A stretch of 64,000 nt of DNA from Tubulanus polymorphus (taxonomy: Eukaryota; Animalia; Nemertea): the NCBI RefSeq assembly GCF_964204645.1, contig NC_134032.1, forward strand, positions 10,590,275 to 10,654,274, written 5' to 3'. Made by a program: the position numbers and the translations under genes. The stretch's first letter is position 1, and each line of letters opens with the position of its first letter. The notes under the pieces were generated by a model. That model saw only the letters and a list, made by a program, of their open reading frames with translations, was not told the DNA's origin and ran no database searches. Positions 63,654 to 64,000 of the stretch are shown here, piece after piece.

Positions 63654-64000
63654 TCGACAGAAGCAATAGTGATTTCCGCGTTGTTGTTGTTTTTTTGGTA
63701 TATGAAAACGTAATTGTGACGAAAGCTGTGATATGTAAATTTGACTGGTGGGGCCGCCTCGAATTCAGATAACCTGTAGTGCCCTCTGATGGGCATTACA
63801 TTAACACTAGGGGAAGTATGAATGGAGCTCTGTACAACGTAATTGTTCGTGTGGATGGCGTTTAGATTGAATGTTGAAAAAGTCAGATGGTTTGCATAAG
63901 CTTACAATATGAGGCGCTGACCTAGTTGAGGAGCCATATATCGAACGAGTTACCAGTGACAGTAAGATCGAGGCATTATGACAAGGATTAATCGATTAAT

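Overview
AT-rich, intron-containing invertebrate animal genomic DNA; the species cannot be determined from this window. Genes in order: (i) a tandem array of three intronless INPP5K/SKIP-like inositol 5-phosphatases (one partial, two complete; both complete copies start with an N-myristoylation motif), which appear to lie on the same strand inside intron 1 of (ii) a HACD (3-hydroxyacyl-CoA dehydratase) gene whose first exon was not found; (iii) QPRT, 3 exons; (iv) a minus-strand spliced EF-hand protein gene that the ORF track misses; (v) a 12-coding-exon CLCA gene. About 30 kb without a recognisable protein gene separates HACD and QPRT. It holds a ~16 kb satellite (~240-bp monomer, higher-order repeats) flanked by an older repeat family in opposite orientations, a 1046-bp tandem duplication, many MITEs and LINE remnants. 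Two signals stand out. One is an ~800-nt fold-back locus (15678-16476) whose arm mismatches are biased toward G:U pairs on the + strand and whose loop is five repeats that each appear to fold into a three-way junction, a candidate structured hairpin-RNA gene. The other is a set of ~27-43-bp CAT(A/G)G palindromic micro-insertions, several with 7-bp TSDs, that look like P-element-type excision footprints. All alignments and counts were done by eye.
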